Origin: Ostreococcus lucimarinus
Taxonomy: Eukaryota
Direction: 5' to 3' (one strand)
Assembly: GCA_000092065.1 (NCBI GenBank)
Contig: CP000581.1
DNA length: 64,000 bases
Positions 38,108 through 47,300 of this stretch are shown here, piece by piece. The translations under genes were made by a program, and so were the position numbers. The notes under the pieces were generated by a model, which worked only from the letters and a program-made list of their open reading frames with translations, was not told the DNA's origin and searched no databases. Position 1 is the first letter of the stretch. Every line of letters starts with the position of its first letter.

Positions 38108-40195
38108 TTAAAGCTTGGAGACGCCGAAGTTACCGCGGCTCAGCTTTGGTTGCAAGAGCTCGGTGTATCCGGGTGGCGTGTGCTTTCTGTTGAACGGCGC
38201 CGCTTGTACTTCTTCGTACAGTCGGCGGTAGACGTCTCCATCCTTCGCACCGAGCGCGGAGTTTAAGAAATAGTCGTGCAGTCCAAAAGAGTCAACGAGC
38301 GCTGCCGCATCTGGTCGAATTTCAGACAAAAGTTTAAAGATTTCTTGTCGAATCTCGGCCGCTTGTTCGCCGTCGATGTGCCCGTCTTCCAAAAACTCAC
38401 CCATCGTGTCATCCATACCACACAAACCGTGAAGGCAGACGAGGCGATGCAACACGTTTAACGTTTCCGCACTCACTCGAGATCGAGTCTCGTCGTACGC
38501 GAGGACGAAATTATACATGACGACGAACGCGCAATGCGCCTTCGCCGCGCCGATCCACTGTACCATGTGTACTCGCATCGCTTCGTCAGGCGACAAATCG
38601 CCCGTCACCTTGGAGGCTTCCGTGACTAACCGCCACGCCCGATGGGCGTACGCATCGAGGATGGCCTTTTCATCGCGTAAACTTGCGCCGAGAGCAAGCG
38701 CGCTCCGAGAACTTGCACCGTCGAGATAACGGAGCGCGTCCACAGGTGGTTGGCCATTGAGCATTTTTCGGTGCGCCTTTAACAAATACCGAGCGGTTTG
38801 TAAGCAAAGCACGTTGTTGTCACCTTCATACGTCACGTTGGGGGCGTAGGTGGCTAGTGTAGTGCCGAATCCCGCTAGGTTCATGTAGCCGTGACCACCG
38901 CACGTTAGACGACATGCTTCGATGGCATCCTTCGTCGCCCACGAACAGTACGCCTTGAGCCCGCTCGATGTGGCGTGAAGCTCTGGAAGGGCGGAGAAGT
39001 CCTTTTTCTCGCGGGAGTCCCTCTGGAACTCAAAATACATACGGCGCATGTAATCAGACGTGCAGTGAAAGGCAAATGCCTTAGCGAGAATGGGAAACAG
39101 CGTTCGCTGGCTGTGCTGATAATCGATAACTTGGCACTCCATCCCCGTCACCTCGTCGGCGTTCGATTGCCGGCGAACTAAATTGTATCGAATCGCAATA
39201 GTGACGGCTTTCTTCATGTAAAGCGCGGCGTTCATAACGATGTCGGAGCGAATGAAGACCATCGTACCGTACGAAACTTTCGCCACCGGCGCTGGCACGT
39301 ACGTACCGTCGCGTTCAACCTTGGAGTGACCCATCAACATTGCTCGGCGTTGGACGCGAACGTGATCAAATCTCAGAAACCCGTTGTCGACGGCGTTGTA
39401 GCCCATCTTGTTACCGATATCACCTATCGTGCATCCTGGTAACGGCTCATGCGTCTTATTATCGCGAATTTGCACCACGAACGGATGCACGCCATGATCG
39501 ACGCCTTTGGTGAACAATCGAGCCATCACGACGGCGTGTGTGGACGTCTTTCCCAATCCGCCCGGCCACCATTTTGTGCTCGTCAACGTCGGCGAGTGCA
39601 CGACGAACTCCTCGCGCTCTTCATCATAAGTCGCCGTCGTTTCTAGCCCTCTCAAGTAGGTTCCATGTCCGAGCTCCGTCTGCGCGTACGTCCCCACGCA
39701 CTCCAGCTTTACGCACTTTGGAATCCAATACTTTCGCTGTTCCTCGTCCCCTTGCCCTTGAATTGTGGGAATGAACATTCCTAGGTGTAAGTCCAGCCCC
39801 CCGGGTTCGTCGATCAACTCCCGCATGATTCGCGCCACGGCGATGGGTTCTTTCTCATTCATGCTCGCCACCGCGCTCGGCAGCGCCAAGTACATTCGCA
39901 GCGTGCGCTCGTACAGTTCGTCCCGCTCGTCAAAGTACTTGCCTCGCTTACTGAACGCCTCGTTCGTCGTCATCACCGACGCGATTCGCTGACGCAATTT
40001 ATAATTATCCTTCCCTCCCGCGAGCAAGACCTCGAGTTCGCGCGAGTTGAACGACGCCCGCGCGCGCTCGAGTCGCAAATCTTCCTTCGGGTCGCTCGTG
40101 CTCGCCGCGATGACGTCGCTCGATGGTTCGACGAGCGCGCGTGTGTGCGCGTCCACGACGCGGTGGCCGCGACCATCGCGCGAGTCGTCGAGCAT
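38108..40195 (-). CDS. ACOX: Peroxisomal acyl-CoA oxidase with C-terminal PTS1 tripeptide SKL
   Basis: GTYAQTELGHGTYLRGLETTATYDEEREEFVVHSPTLTSTKWWPGGLGKTSTHAVVMARL is the ACX family core. It ends ...NFGVSKL. ATG at 40195-40193; 695 aa. Confidence 0.9.
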   Translation of the reverse strand: MLDDSRDGRGHRVVDAHTRALVEPSSDVIAASTSDPKEDLRLERARASFNSRELEVLLAGGKDNYKLRQRIASVMTTNEAFSKRGKYFDERDELYERTLRMYLALPSAVASMNEKEPIAVARIMRELIDEPGGLDLHLGMFIPTIQGQGDEEQRKYWIPKCVKLECVGTYAQTELGHGTYLRGLETTATYDEEREEFVVHSPTLTSTKWWPGGLGKTSTHAVVMARLFTKGVDHGVHPFVVQIRDNKTHEPLPGCTIGDIGNKMGYNAVDNGFLRFDHVRVQRRAMLMGHSKVERDGTYVPAPVAKVSYGTMVFIRSDIVMNAALYMKKAVTIAIRYNLVRRQSNADEVTGMECQVIDYQHSQRTLFPILAKAFAFHCTSDYMRRMYFEFQRDSREKKDFSALPELHATSSGLKAYCSWATKDAIEACRLTCGGHGYMNLAGFGTTLATYAPNVTYEGDNNVLCLQTARYLLKAHRKMLNGQPPVDALRYLDGASSRSALALGASLRDEKAILDAYAHRAWRLVTEASKVTGDLSPDEAMRVHMVQWIGAAKAHCAFVVMYNFVLAYDETRSRVSAETLNVLHRLVCLHGLCGMDDTMGEFLEDGHIDGEQAAEIRQEIFKLLSEIRPDAAALVDSFGLHDYFLNSALGAKDGDVYRRLYEEVQAAPFNRKHTPPGYTELLQPKLSRGNFGVSKL

Positions 40196-40336
40196 CGCGC
40201 TCGTCCGCGACGTCGGGTCGGTCGCCGGACGTTCGGCGCGGATCAGTGACGCAAGATGCGCAACAATCCACAGTCATCCACAAGACCTCGTCTGCTCGTC
40301 GCGGGTGCGTTGCATAAAATTACAGCTTTATGTTGA

Positions 40337-41529
40337 CTATTGCGCTTCGCGCTGCTTTCGGCGAGTGTCCAAAACGGCGAGAATGCGGCGCAATGTGATA
40401 CCCTCGCCCGCTCCGTAGCCGTCGACGACGGAGTCCACGCCTGGGAACTCGCCGCCGCGCTGGAGCTGGTTGCGCACCATGACGGAAAAACCACCGGCTG
40501 ACGTGGCTTCGGAACACGTCGCCTGGGATCCACCGATAAAGATGACGTTCTCGGAAGAAAACCCGCGCTGGATGGCGATTTCAGATATCACTTCGGCGGT
40601 GAGCATCGAGCGACGACTCGTGGAGAACATCCCAGCATCGATGATGACGTCCGAGTTGAAGTTTTGGCGCTGCAAATTGCCGCCGATTTCCGGGGCGAGC
40701 AAATCGCCCTTGGTCTTCTTCATCATTCGCGCCGCCTCCGAGCGCGCCTGGGAAGCGATACCTTTGGTGGCGTTGAAACTTTCCGGTGCACCTGTGATGG
40801 AAATCGCCGCCGAGCGAAGTGGACCCAACCCGTGAAGCGCGGCTTCCAACACTCGATCCTCGCTCGTGGACGCCGTCTCGGAGATGATGAGCACTTGTAG
40901 CTTGTCGTTTTCGCGAATACAATCATCCACGAATCGCTCAACCCCGCTTCGAAGCTTGAGCGCGTGCTCGTCAATCATCAACTGGAACTGTTTCTCTTTC
41001 TCGTCGATCAAGTCGCGAAGGAATACGTCCCTCATCCGCGCTTCGTCCTCCCTCGACATCCCCGTCGGCGCGCCCGCGTCGACGACGCCCGCCGCGTCCG
41101 CGAGCGGCACCATATCCCCGAGTCTCTTTATCGCCTTCAAGTACTCGTCGTTATCGATCGCCCTTTTCGCCGTCGCGTTCAACTCGCTCGGGTACCCGTA
41201 AAAGTGAAAGTACCGCTCCAGCATCCCGTACGCGCTCCCGCCGCCGCTTCGCAACAGCGACGCGTACTCCCTGTGGTCCCAGTTCGCGCTCCGCACCCCT
41301 TTCGCCGCGAACGCGCGATTAAACGCGACTCGGTGCCCGTCCCCGTGCACGTCCACGAGCGCGCCGTCGCACTCAATCATCACCAGCGTCGTCTTCCCGT
41401 GCGCGCCGTCCACGACCTCCGTCGACGCGCGCGTCGCGCGCGCGCCCCGTCGACGCGCATTCAAACCACCGCGCCGCGCGAATCGCGTCGCGCGCGCGCC
41501 CGCGCGTCTCGCCGTCGTCATCGGCGTCA

Positions 41530-41536
<7 letters not shown>
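40337..41536 (-). CDS. CBBY: CbbY-like HAD-superfamily phosphatase (plastid xylulose-1,5-bisphosphate phosphatase homolog) with a transit-peptide-like N-terminus
   Basis: TTLVMIECDGALVDVHGDGHRVAFNRAF...LRSGGGSAYGMLERYFHFYGYP...VLIISETASTSE...ENVIFIGGSQATCSEATSAGGFSVMV parallels Arabidopsis CbbY LIFDCDGVILESENLHRQAYNDAF...LVGGGKPKMRWYFKENGWP...LAVCSAATKSS...KDCLVVEDSVIGLQAATKAGMSCVI. Start at ATG 41536-41534 (MTMTPMTTARRAG...). Confidence 0.75.

Positions 41537-41570
<34 letters not shown>
41527..41570. repeat. (GTC)n on the + strand, i.e. (GAC)n on the - strand, overlapping and just upstream of the CbbY start codon
   Basis: gtcatcgtcatc(gtc)11. In the CbbY frame it reads as Thr/Met codons (TTTTTTTTTTTMTMT). 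Confidence 0.9.
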
Positions 41571-41574
<4 letters not shown>

Positions 41575-41974
41575 ACGCGGCGCGCGCGACGTCCGCGAAC
41601 GAACGCACGCACCGACGAGTGCGGGCGCGCGTTCGACGTTCGAAATCGAACGCGCGCCGCGTCCGTCCGTCGGTTTTGCGCCACGTGGCGTGTTTTTTCC
41701 ATCCGACGCGCCGCCCGCCAGGCGACGACGACGACGACGGATGGACGACGGATGACCGACGACCGACGACCGACGCTACTCGACCGCGCGACGGGACCGC
41801 GCGAGGACCCGAGCCGAGTCGCGCGCGGTGTCGGTGACCCGGCGCGCGACCCGGCGCGGCGTCGGTGACCGCGGCGTCGGCGCGCGAACGCGCGCGAACG
41901 CGCCTATCCATCGGCGCTCGCCAACGTTCGGGCGCGAGAAAGTTTGAACGCGACGGCGCGCGGAGGCGCGCGGG

Positions 41975-44900
41975 ATGGAGTACGCGGAGTACAGACCCGA
42001 TAGTAAAAACGTCGCGCTGAAGAATCGCAGCGCGTATCGATTGGTCGGACACACGTGCGCGACGTACGCGCAGTACGTGGTGTACGTCGCCGAGGGCGTG
42101 GCGAAGAATACGTTCAACGCGCTGCGAGGGATAAAAGACTGGCGGACGGATGATGAGAATGGGGAAAAGAATGACTTGACGCCGCTGAGCGCGGGTAAGG
42201 CTAAGGACTTTTTCTACATCGGGAACATGTACGGAAACATCGAGGATACGTTTAATCGACCGATTTATTCGTCGCCGGAGGATTTTATCGACGTCGCGAT
42301 TCGGGCGCCGGAACACAACCGCGGGTACTTTGCGCGCTTGCAAGCGACGCCAGAGTCGAGAAAGTGCTTGAATTTGGGGAGTTATAATTATCTCGGGTTC
42401 GGTGGCGTCAACGAGCACTGCACACCGGTTGTGGAGAAATCTTTGAGCGAGTATCCAGTGACGAGCGGATCGCCCGCGGCGGAGCTCGGACGAGACAAAA
42501 ACTTGCGCGAGGTGGAAGATCTCGTGGCCAGATTCGTAGGCAAAGAGAGCGCGTGCGTGGTCGGTATGGGCTTTGCGACGAATAGTACGGTGATTCCGGC
42601 GCTTTGCTCGAAGGGCGACTTGATCATTTCTGATGCCTTAAATCACGCATCGATCGTTGAAGGCGCGCGCTTGAGCGGGGCAAAGATTCGCCCGTTTAAG
42701 CACCAGTGCGTGGGTGACTTGGAACTCATCTTACAAGACGCGGTTTTGGGTGGATACAATTACAACAAGATTGTCGTCATCGTGGAAGGTATTTATTCCA
42801 TGGAAGGTGAAGTTTGCAACTTGAAGCCGATCGTGGAGGTGGCGAAAATGTACGGCGCGCACGTGTACTTGGACGAGGCACACTCCATCGGCGCCGTCGG
42901 TCCGACGGGGCGAGGCGTGTGTGAAGAGCTTGGCGTTGATACCAAGGACATCACCGTCATGATGGGTACTTTTACCAAGTCATTCGGTGCCGCCGGTGGA
43001 TACGTGGCGGGTGATAAAGAGGTTGTGGAAGCCGTGAAGCGCTTTTCGCTCGGGTACACCGAGGCGGTTTCCATGGCGCCGGCGGTGTGCGCACAAGTCC
43101 TCTCATCTTTGCGTTTGATTTCCGGCGAAGACGGCACAGATATCGGAAAGAAAAAGCTTGATGCGCTCCGAGCAAACTCGGAATTTTTTCGTGATGGCTT
43201 AGTAGCGCTTGGCTTGGAAGTTCTCGGCCATCATCCGTCACCAATCATGCCCGTCATGCTCTATCAACCATACAAGATTGGCGATTTCTCTCGTCTTGCT
43301 TTCAATCGTGGTTTAGCCGTGGTCGTCGTCGGTTCTCCCGCCACGCCGATAACGCTGCCGCGTGTGCGCTTCTGCATTTCTGCTGCGCACAAGAGGGCCG
43401 ATCTGGAGAATGCATTGCACGTGATTTCTGACATTGCCGACGAGCTTTGCCTCAAGTTTAAGAAGTATCCCGCGAACCGATTTTTTCCGGGTTCCATCGA
43501 GGAGCTCGAAAAGCGAGAGCACAAAGAGAGTAAGAAACGAGTAGAGTACGCGTTAAAAAACAGAGAAAAGGCTTTGGAGTCTGCGTCTCGACTCCACTGG
43601 GCCCCCGTTTCCGTGGGCAGCAAGGTAAACGAAGAGATGAAACTCGAAGATGCCAAGGTTGAGCAGTTCGCCAAGTCCGAGATGAAGGATTCGTACGACA
43701 TGGTACTTAGCTCGCAAGATTTCTTAGATTTGACCCTCGACGAAACCATGCGATCTCAGTGCGCTGAAACTATTCATCGCTATGGTCTCGGATCGTGCTC
43801 ACCTCGTGGTTTTTATGGCACATTCCGTCCGCACATGGATTTGGAAGCCAAGATTGCGAAATTTCTCGGCGTGGGTGAAGCTGTGCTTTACTCTTTCGGC
43901 GTTTGCACTGCGTCCAGTGTCATTCAAGCTTTAGCGTCAAAAAGTGATGTGGCTGTGGTCGATCGAGGCGTTGGACCGAGTATCATCGCTGGTTTACGTT
44001 TGGCGAAGCTCGAAATTAGATGGTACAATCACGCCGATCCTGCTGATGCGGCGCGTGTTTTTGCGCAAATTGAAACCGAAGATGGTTCCACGTCTGCGAG
44101 GCTCACCCGACCTGTCAGACGTCGATGGTTGATTACTGAAGCATGTTTTGGCTCCACCGGTCGATGTGCGCCTCTCCGTGAACTTGTAGCTTTGAAGGAT
44201 CATCACCATGCACGAATGATTCTCGATGAGTCGTTCTCCTTTGGCGCCATGGGTGAAAGTGGTCGTGGTCTGATTGAACACGTTGGACTACCCAGCAGCT
44301 CTGTTGATGTCATTTGTGCTTCGTTGGAGAACGCGTGCGCATCTGTGGGTGGTTTTGTGGCCGGAGATACGGGAGTCGTGGCTTACCAACGCTTGATGGG
44401 AAGTGGTTACGTCTTCTCAGCGTCCTTACCGCCCTACCTCGCGACGGCTTCTTTACACGCCATCAGCCGCATCGAAGCTGAACCGGCCATGGTTGAAAAG
44501 CTTCATGACGCGGCGCGACGTACTCGCAGCGCACTCGTCAGTGGAGACATTCCCGGTATGACTACTGATGCAGATGCCGACTCGCCAGTCATCCCCGTCA
44601 AGCTCTCGGCCGGCGTTGGGAGCGGGGACGAGAACATGCTTCTGCATCGCATCGCTGCTCGTATGCGAAGTAAAGGATTTGGTGTGTGCGTGGCTCGAGT
44701 CAGTCCTGTCATTTTACCGTCTCACCGCCCCCCGCCGTCCCTTCGTCTATATGCGCACGCCAGTCACACGGCGGACAAGATTGACAAGATGCTCACAGTG
44801 CTTCGAGATGCTGCGTTGGATATCCTCCCGCAGCACGCTTTAGCGTCGCCATTACCGCAAAAGCGACCGTCGCTCGATCATCAAGTTCACGTTTCGCCCA

Positions 44901-46234
44901 GGTCACTATTCACATCGCAGTCGTACTCTACTGATGCGCCAAGTGTGCCGAAAACGTTCAATAGCAAAGAACTCGAAGCCATCAGGAAAAAGATGATGGT
45001 TGAAGAAGAGATGGAAGAAACCAAGGCTTGGAAACTTTCGCTTCTCGATAACGACATCGATGAAGAGCCGAACAGTCTTTCCGTGCCTCTGCTCGTGGGT
45101 TTACTCTGGTGTCACAATTTATTCCGCCGTTACATCATCGGTCAAATCAACATCACCAAACACTTGGTTCCTAACATTCTCACTAAAGTTGGCTTGCATC
45201 CAGAGCAAGTCGGAACCGTCGGTCGCACTTTCCACGTCATTTCAATGTGGTTAGGCAGCCGAAACTTTTACTATTTAGTACTTCCCGTTATCGTGTGGAC
45301 TGTGGACAGCAGTTACGCGCAGTTAATGATGATTATTTACTGCATGAGCTGCGCCTACGGCTGCCTGACGAAGGGTACGATGAGCACTCAGAGCTCGAGT
45401 AAGCGACCGGCGCAAAGTTCTCTCGGCGCTCTAGCTCCTCATAAGGTGTACGCATGGCCATCGATTGCTGGTATGAATGCTTCCGCCATTCCTTTCTTCG
45501 TGCTTCGTTGGAGATACGGCAGCGTGCCGCTTTGGGAGATGGAGCATCCTTACATCGTCGTCGGAGATTACCTACTCGCATTCGCTTATATGATGGCGAT
45601 CGTAATCAGCCGCTTGGCCACTGGTGAGTCGCCAGCCAATATGCAGGGTGGTGTAGTACTCGGTGCGGTCGGGCTGCGACTGGTTTTACCTCTCATGGAT
45701 TGGTGCAACGCCGGCCTCCAGGCTGGGACGGTGATGACGACGCAAGGCGCTTCTTTCCTCGCCTTGACGTCCGCGGCGATTCTTCTTTTCCCTGTCCCGC
45801 TGAACAGCCGAGGTCACATTCTTGTCGCCGCGCAGACGTGCTACCGCCGCATGTGGCGCACCTTGTTTTACATGCTTGCATTCATAGTGGGCGCGATTTG
45901 GCGCGAAAAGCCGACGAAAGTCGCGGCGTTTCCAACGACAATCCGTGAGTGGTTCACCTTGATTGCCGCGAAGGCTATCATCGGCCACATCGTTCTTTAC
46001 GTCGTTGTTCTCGCGATTGGATCCCTCGCTAAGATTAGTTTCGAAGGTGCCCTTCGCCTCTATGTGCGAGAGATTAAACCGCGCGTGCAAAAGCCCGGGC
46101 ACAAGAGCGGCTCCGTCGGCACGGTGCACATGCGCCGCGCCGCACTCTACTTCGTCGAGCTCGCCCAGGACATCACCGCCGGTCTCACCACTGCGAACGT
46201 TGTTCCAAAAATTTTCGACGCGCTCGCAATTTAA
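41975..46234 (+). CDS. LCB2/LCB1: Single-polypeptide serine palmitoyltransferase: an N-terminal LCB2-like PLP aminotransferase domain, a central LCB1-like domain, and a C-terminal ~370-aa polytopic membrane domain of unknown family
   Basis: Residues ~150-480 (GSYNYLGFGG...GFATNSTVIPAL...LNHASIVEGARLSGA...GTFTKSFGAAGGYVAG, with the PLP-lysine context) are LCB2/SPTLC2-like. Residues ~560-1000 (CSPRGFYGTFRPHMDLEAKIAKFLG...ILDESFSFGAMGESGRGLIEH...SASLPPYLATASLHAI) are LCB1/SPTLC1-like. Residues ~1050-1419 have several long hydrophobic helices. It is a 1419-codon uninterrupted ORF with ATG at 41975. Confidence 0.85.
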   Translation: MEYAEYRPDSKNVALKNRSAYRLVGHTCATYAQYVVYVAEGVAKNTFNALRGIKDWRTDDENGEKNDLTPLSAGKAKDFFYIGNMYGNIEDTFNRPIYSSPEDFIDVAIRAPEHNRGYFARLQATPESRKCLNLGSYNYLGFGGVNEHCTPVVEKSLSEYPVTSGSPAAELGRDKNLREVEDLVARFVGKESACVVGMGFATNSTVIPALCSKGDLIISDALNHASIVEGARLSGAKIRPFKHQCVGDLELILQDAVLGGYNYNKIVVIVEGIYSMEGEVCNLKPIVEVAKMYGAHVYLDEAHSIGAVGPTGRGVCEELGVDTKDITVMMGTFTKSFGAAGGYVAGDKEVVEAVKRFSLGYTEAVSMAPAVCAQVLSSLRLISGEDGTDIGKKKLDALRANSEFFRDGLVALGLEVLGHHPSPIMPVMLYQPYKIGDFSRLAFNRGLAVVVVGSPATPITLPRVRFCISAAHKRADLENALHVISDIADELCLKFKKYPANRFFPGSIEELEKREHKESKKRVEYALKNREKALESASRLHWAPVSVGSKVNEEMKLEDAKVEQFAKSEMKDSYDMVLSSQDFLDLTLDETMRSQCAETIHRYGLGSCSPRGFYGTFRPHMDLEAKIAKFLGVGEAVLYSFGVCTASSVIQALASKSDVAVVDRGVGPSIIAGLRLAKLEIRWYNHADPADAARVFAQIETEDGSTSARLTRPVRRRWLITEACFGSTGRCAPLRELVALKDHHHARMILDESFSFGAMGESGRGLIEHVGLPSSSVDVICASLENACASVGGFVAGDTGVVAYQRLMGSGYVFSASLPPYLATASLHAISRIEAEPAMVEKLHDAARRTRSALVSGDIPGMTTDADADSPVIPVKLSAGVGSGDENMLLHRIAARMRSKGFGVCVARVSPVILPSHRPPPSLRLYAHASHTADKIDKMLTVLRDAALDILPQHALASPLPQKRPSLDHQVHVSPRSLFTSQSYSTDAPSVPKTFNSKELEAIRKKMMVEEEMEETKAWKLSLLDNDIDEEPNSLSVPLLVGLLWCHNLFRRYIIGQINITKHLVPNILTKVGLHPEQVGTVGRTFHVISMWLGSRNFYYLVLPVIVWTVDSSYAQLMMIIYCMSCAYGCLTKGTMSTQSSSKRPAQSSLGALAPHKVYAWPSIAGMNASAIPFFVLRWRYGSVPLWEMEHPYIVVGDYLLAFAYMMAIVISRLATGESPANMQGGVVLGAVGLRLVLPLMDWCNAGLQAGTVMTTQGASFLALTSAAILLFPVPLNSRGHILVAAQTCYRRMWRTLFYMLAFIVGAIWREKPTKVAAFPTTIREWFTLIAAKAIIGHIVLYVVVLAIGSLAKISFEGALRLYVREIKPRVQKPGHKSGSVGTVHMRRAALYFVELAQDITAGLTTANVVPKIFDALAI

Positions 46235-46370
46235 AAGACGCTGTAACACCATTCGTTTTTCAATAGTCTTGTCCGCCAGCTGCGAAAGAAAGAAAGCGCC
46301 CGCCTCTCGGAGGTTGTCTTTTCCACAAGATGAGGGAGGTGCCGACGCCAGTTCGCGCTCGACGTCGAAG

Positions 46371-47225
46371 ATGTCCGCCACCGCGAACTCTCGCGCGTAC
46401 GTCGCTGACGTCAAATCCCGGTCTTCGTCCCGTGGACGACGCGCTGTGAAATCGCGCCGCGCGCACACCACGCCGCGCGCCGTCGGCGTGAGCGATGACG
46501 TCGTCACATCTTCGTCGTCGTCCTCTTCTGATTCTATCGAGAACGGGCCGTGTAAGATGAATATTTACGCCCTGGCCGCGTGTGCGGGACGCGGTGAAGC
46601 CGCGACGACGCAGCAGCGCGACGAGATGCGCGCGCTTGTGCGCTCGTTGACGAATCCCACGGCGGCGCCGGCGCGAGACGAGCGGCTCAACGGAACGTGG
46701 GAGTTGGTGTACGAGAGCAGCGGTTTTCCGTTCCGCTCGTCCCCGTTTTTTTGGGCCGTGGGTAAGCTCCTTGGTGAGAATGCTGACTTCTTTTACGGCG
46801 CGCACGAGCATCAGACGAGCATGTTTGGCGGCGGCTGCGGGACGTGCTTGCAGAAAATCTCCGAAGGCGCGCTCGAGAGCGACTGCATCGTCAAGGCTTC
46901 GCTGGGCGTCCCACTCCTCGGATTCGCCCCGCTTTTCTCTGGATACGGTTCCGTGATAACTAAGGGTACGACTCGGGTGTTGGACGACGACACGATCGCG
47001 ATGCCACTGGGATCTTTGTCGACGACGGTGCGGCAAGACGACGCCAATGTTTTGCCAGCGTTGAACTTCTTGAATGGCACCACGGTTCCCGTAGGCGACG
47101 TCATGGGTCGAATCGCCGATGGTGAGTCCGAGGTCACCATGCGCATAACTTACCTCGACGAGGACATGCGCGTGAGCGAGTTAGAGGACGGCACGCAGCT
47201 GGTCTATCGTCGACGCGTCGCGTAA
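46371..47225 (+). CDS. Plastid-lipid-associated protein / fibrillin family (PAP_fibrillin domain) with an N-terminal Ser/Arg-rich transit-peptide-like region
   Basis: LTNPTAAPARDERLNGTWELVYESSG matches the NPTP...L.G.W.L.YTS motif, and C-terminal ITYLDEDMRVSELEDGTQLVYRR matches the TYLD.ELRI.RG motif. ATG at 46371; the upstream ORF extension is Ser/Arg-rich and was rejected as coding start. Confidence 0.7.
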   Translation: MSATANSRAYVADVKSRSSSRGRRAVKSRRAHTTPRAVGVSDDVVTSSSSSSSDSIENGPCKMNIYALAACAGRGEAATTQQRDEMRALVRSLTNPTAAPARDERLNGTWELVYESSGFPFRSSPFFWAVGKLLGENADFFYGAHEHQTSMFGGGCGTCLQKISEGALESDCIVKASLGVPLLGFAPLFSGYGSVITKGTTRVLDDDTIAMPLGSLSTTVRQDDANVLPALNFLNGTTVPVGDVMGRIADGESEVTMRITYLDEDMRVSELEDGTQLVYRRRVA

Positions 47226-47300
47226 ACATTCTTGTGCAATAAATTTAAGGTTGAACTCGACTTCGACTTCACCGCCTCATACGGTCGCGCGTCGTGTATC

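Noticed and set aside
41537-42418. Upstream 294 codons of the 40337-42418 minus-strand ORF
   Set aside because: The CbbY homology and a plausible transit peptide begin at Met 41536. The upstream part is Arg-rich read-through of the SPT promoter and 5' CDS on the opposite strand.
45963-46370. N-terminal 136 codons of the fibrillin ORF
   Set aside because: Ser/Arg/Cys-rich, overlaps the 3' end of the SPT gene, and has no ATG until 46371. Treated as non-coding or UTR.
46260-47036. 258-aa minus-strand ORF antisense to the fibrillin gene
   Set aside because: Arg-rich with no motifs, and it overlaps the fibrillin CDS, which has clear family signatures.
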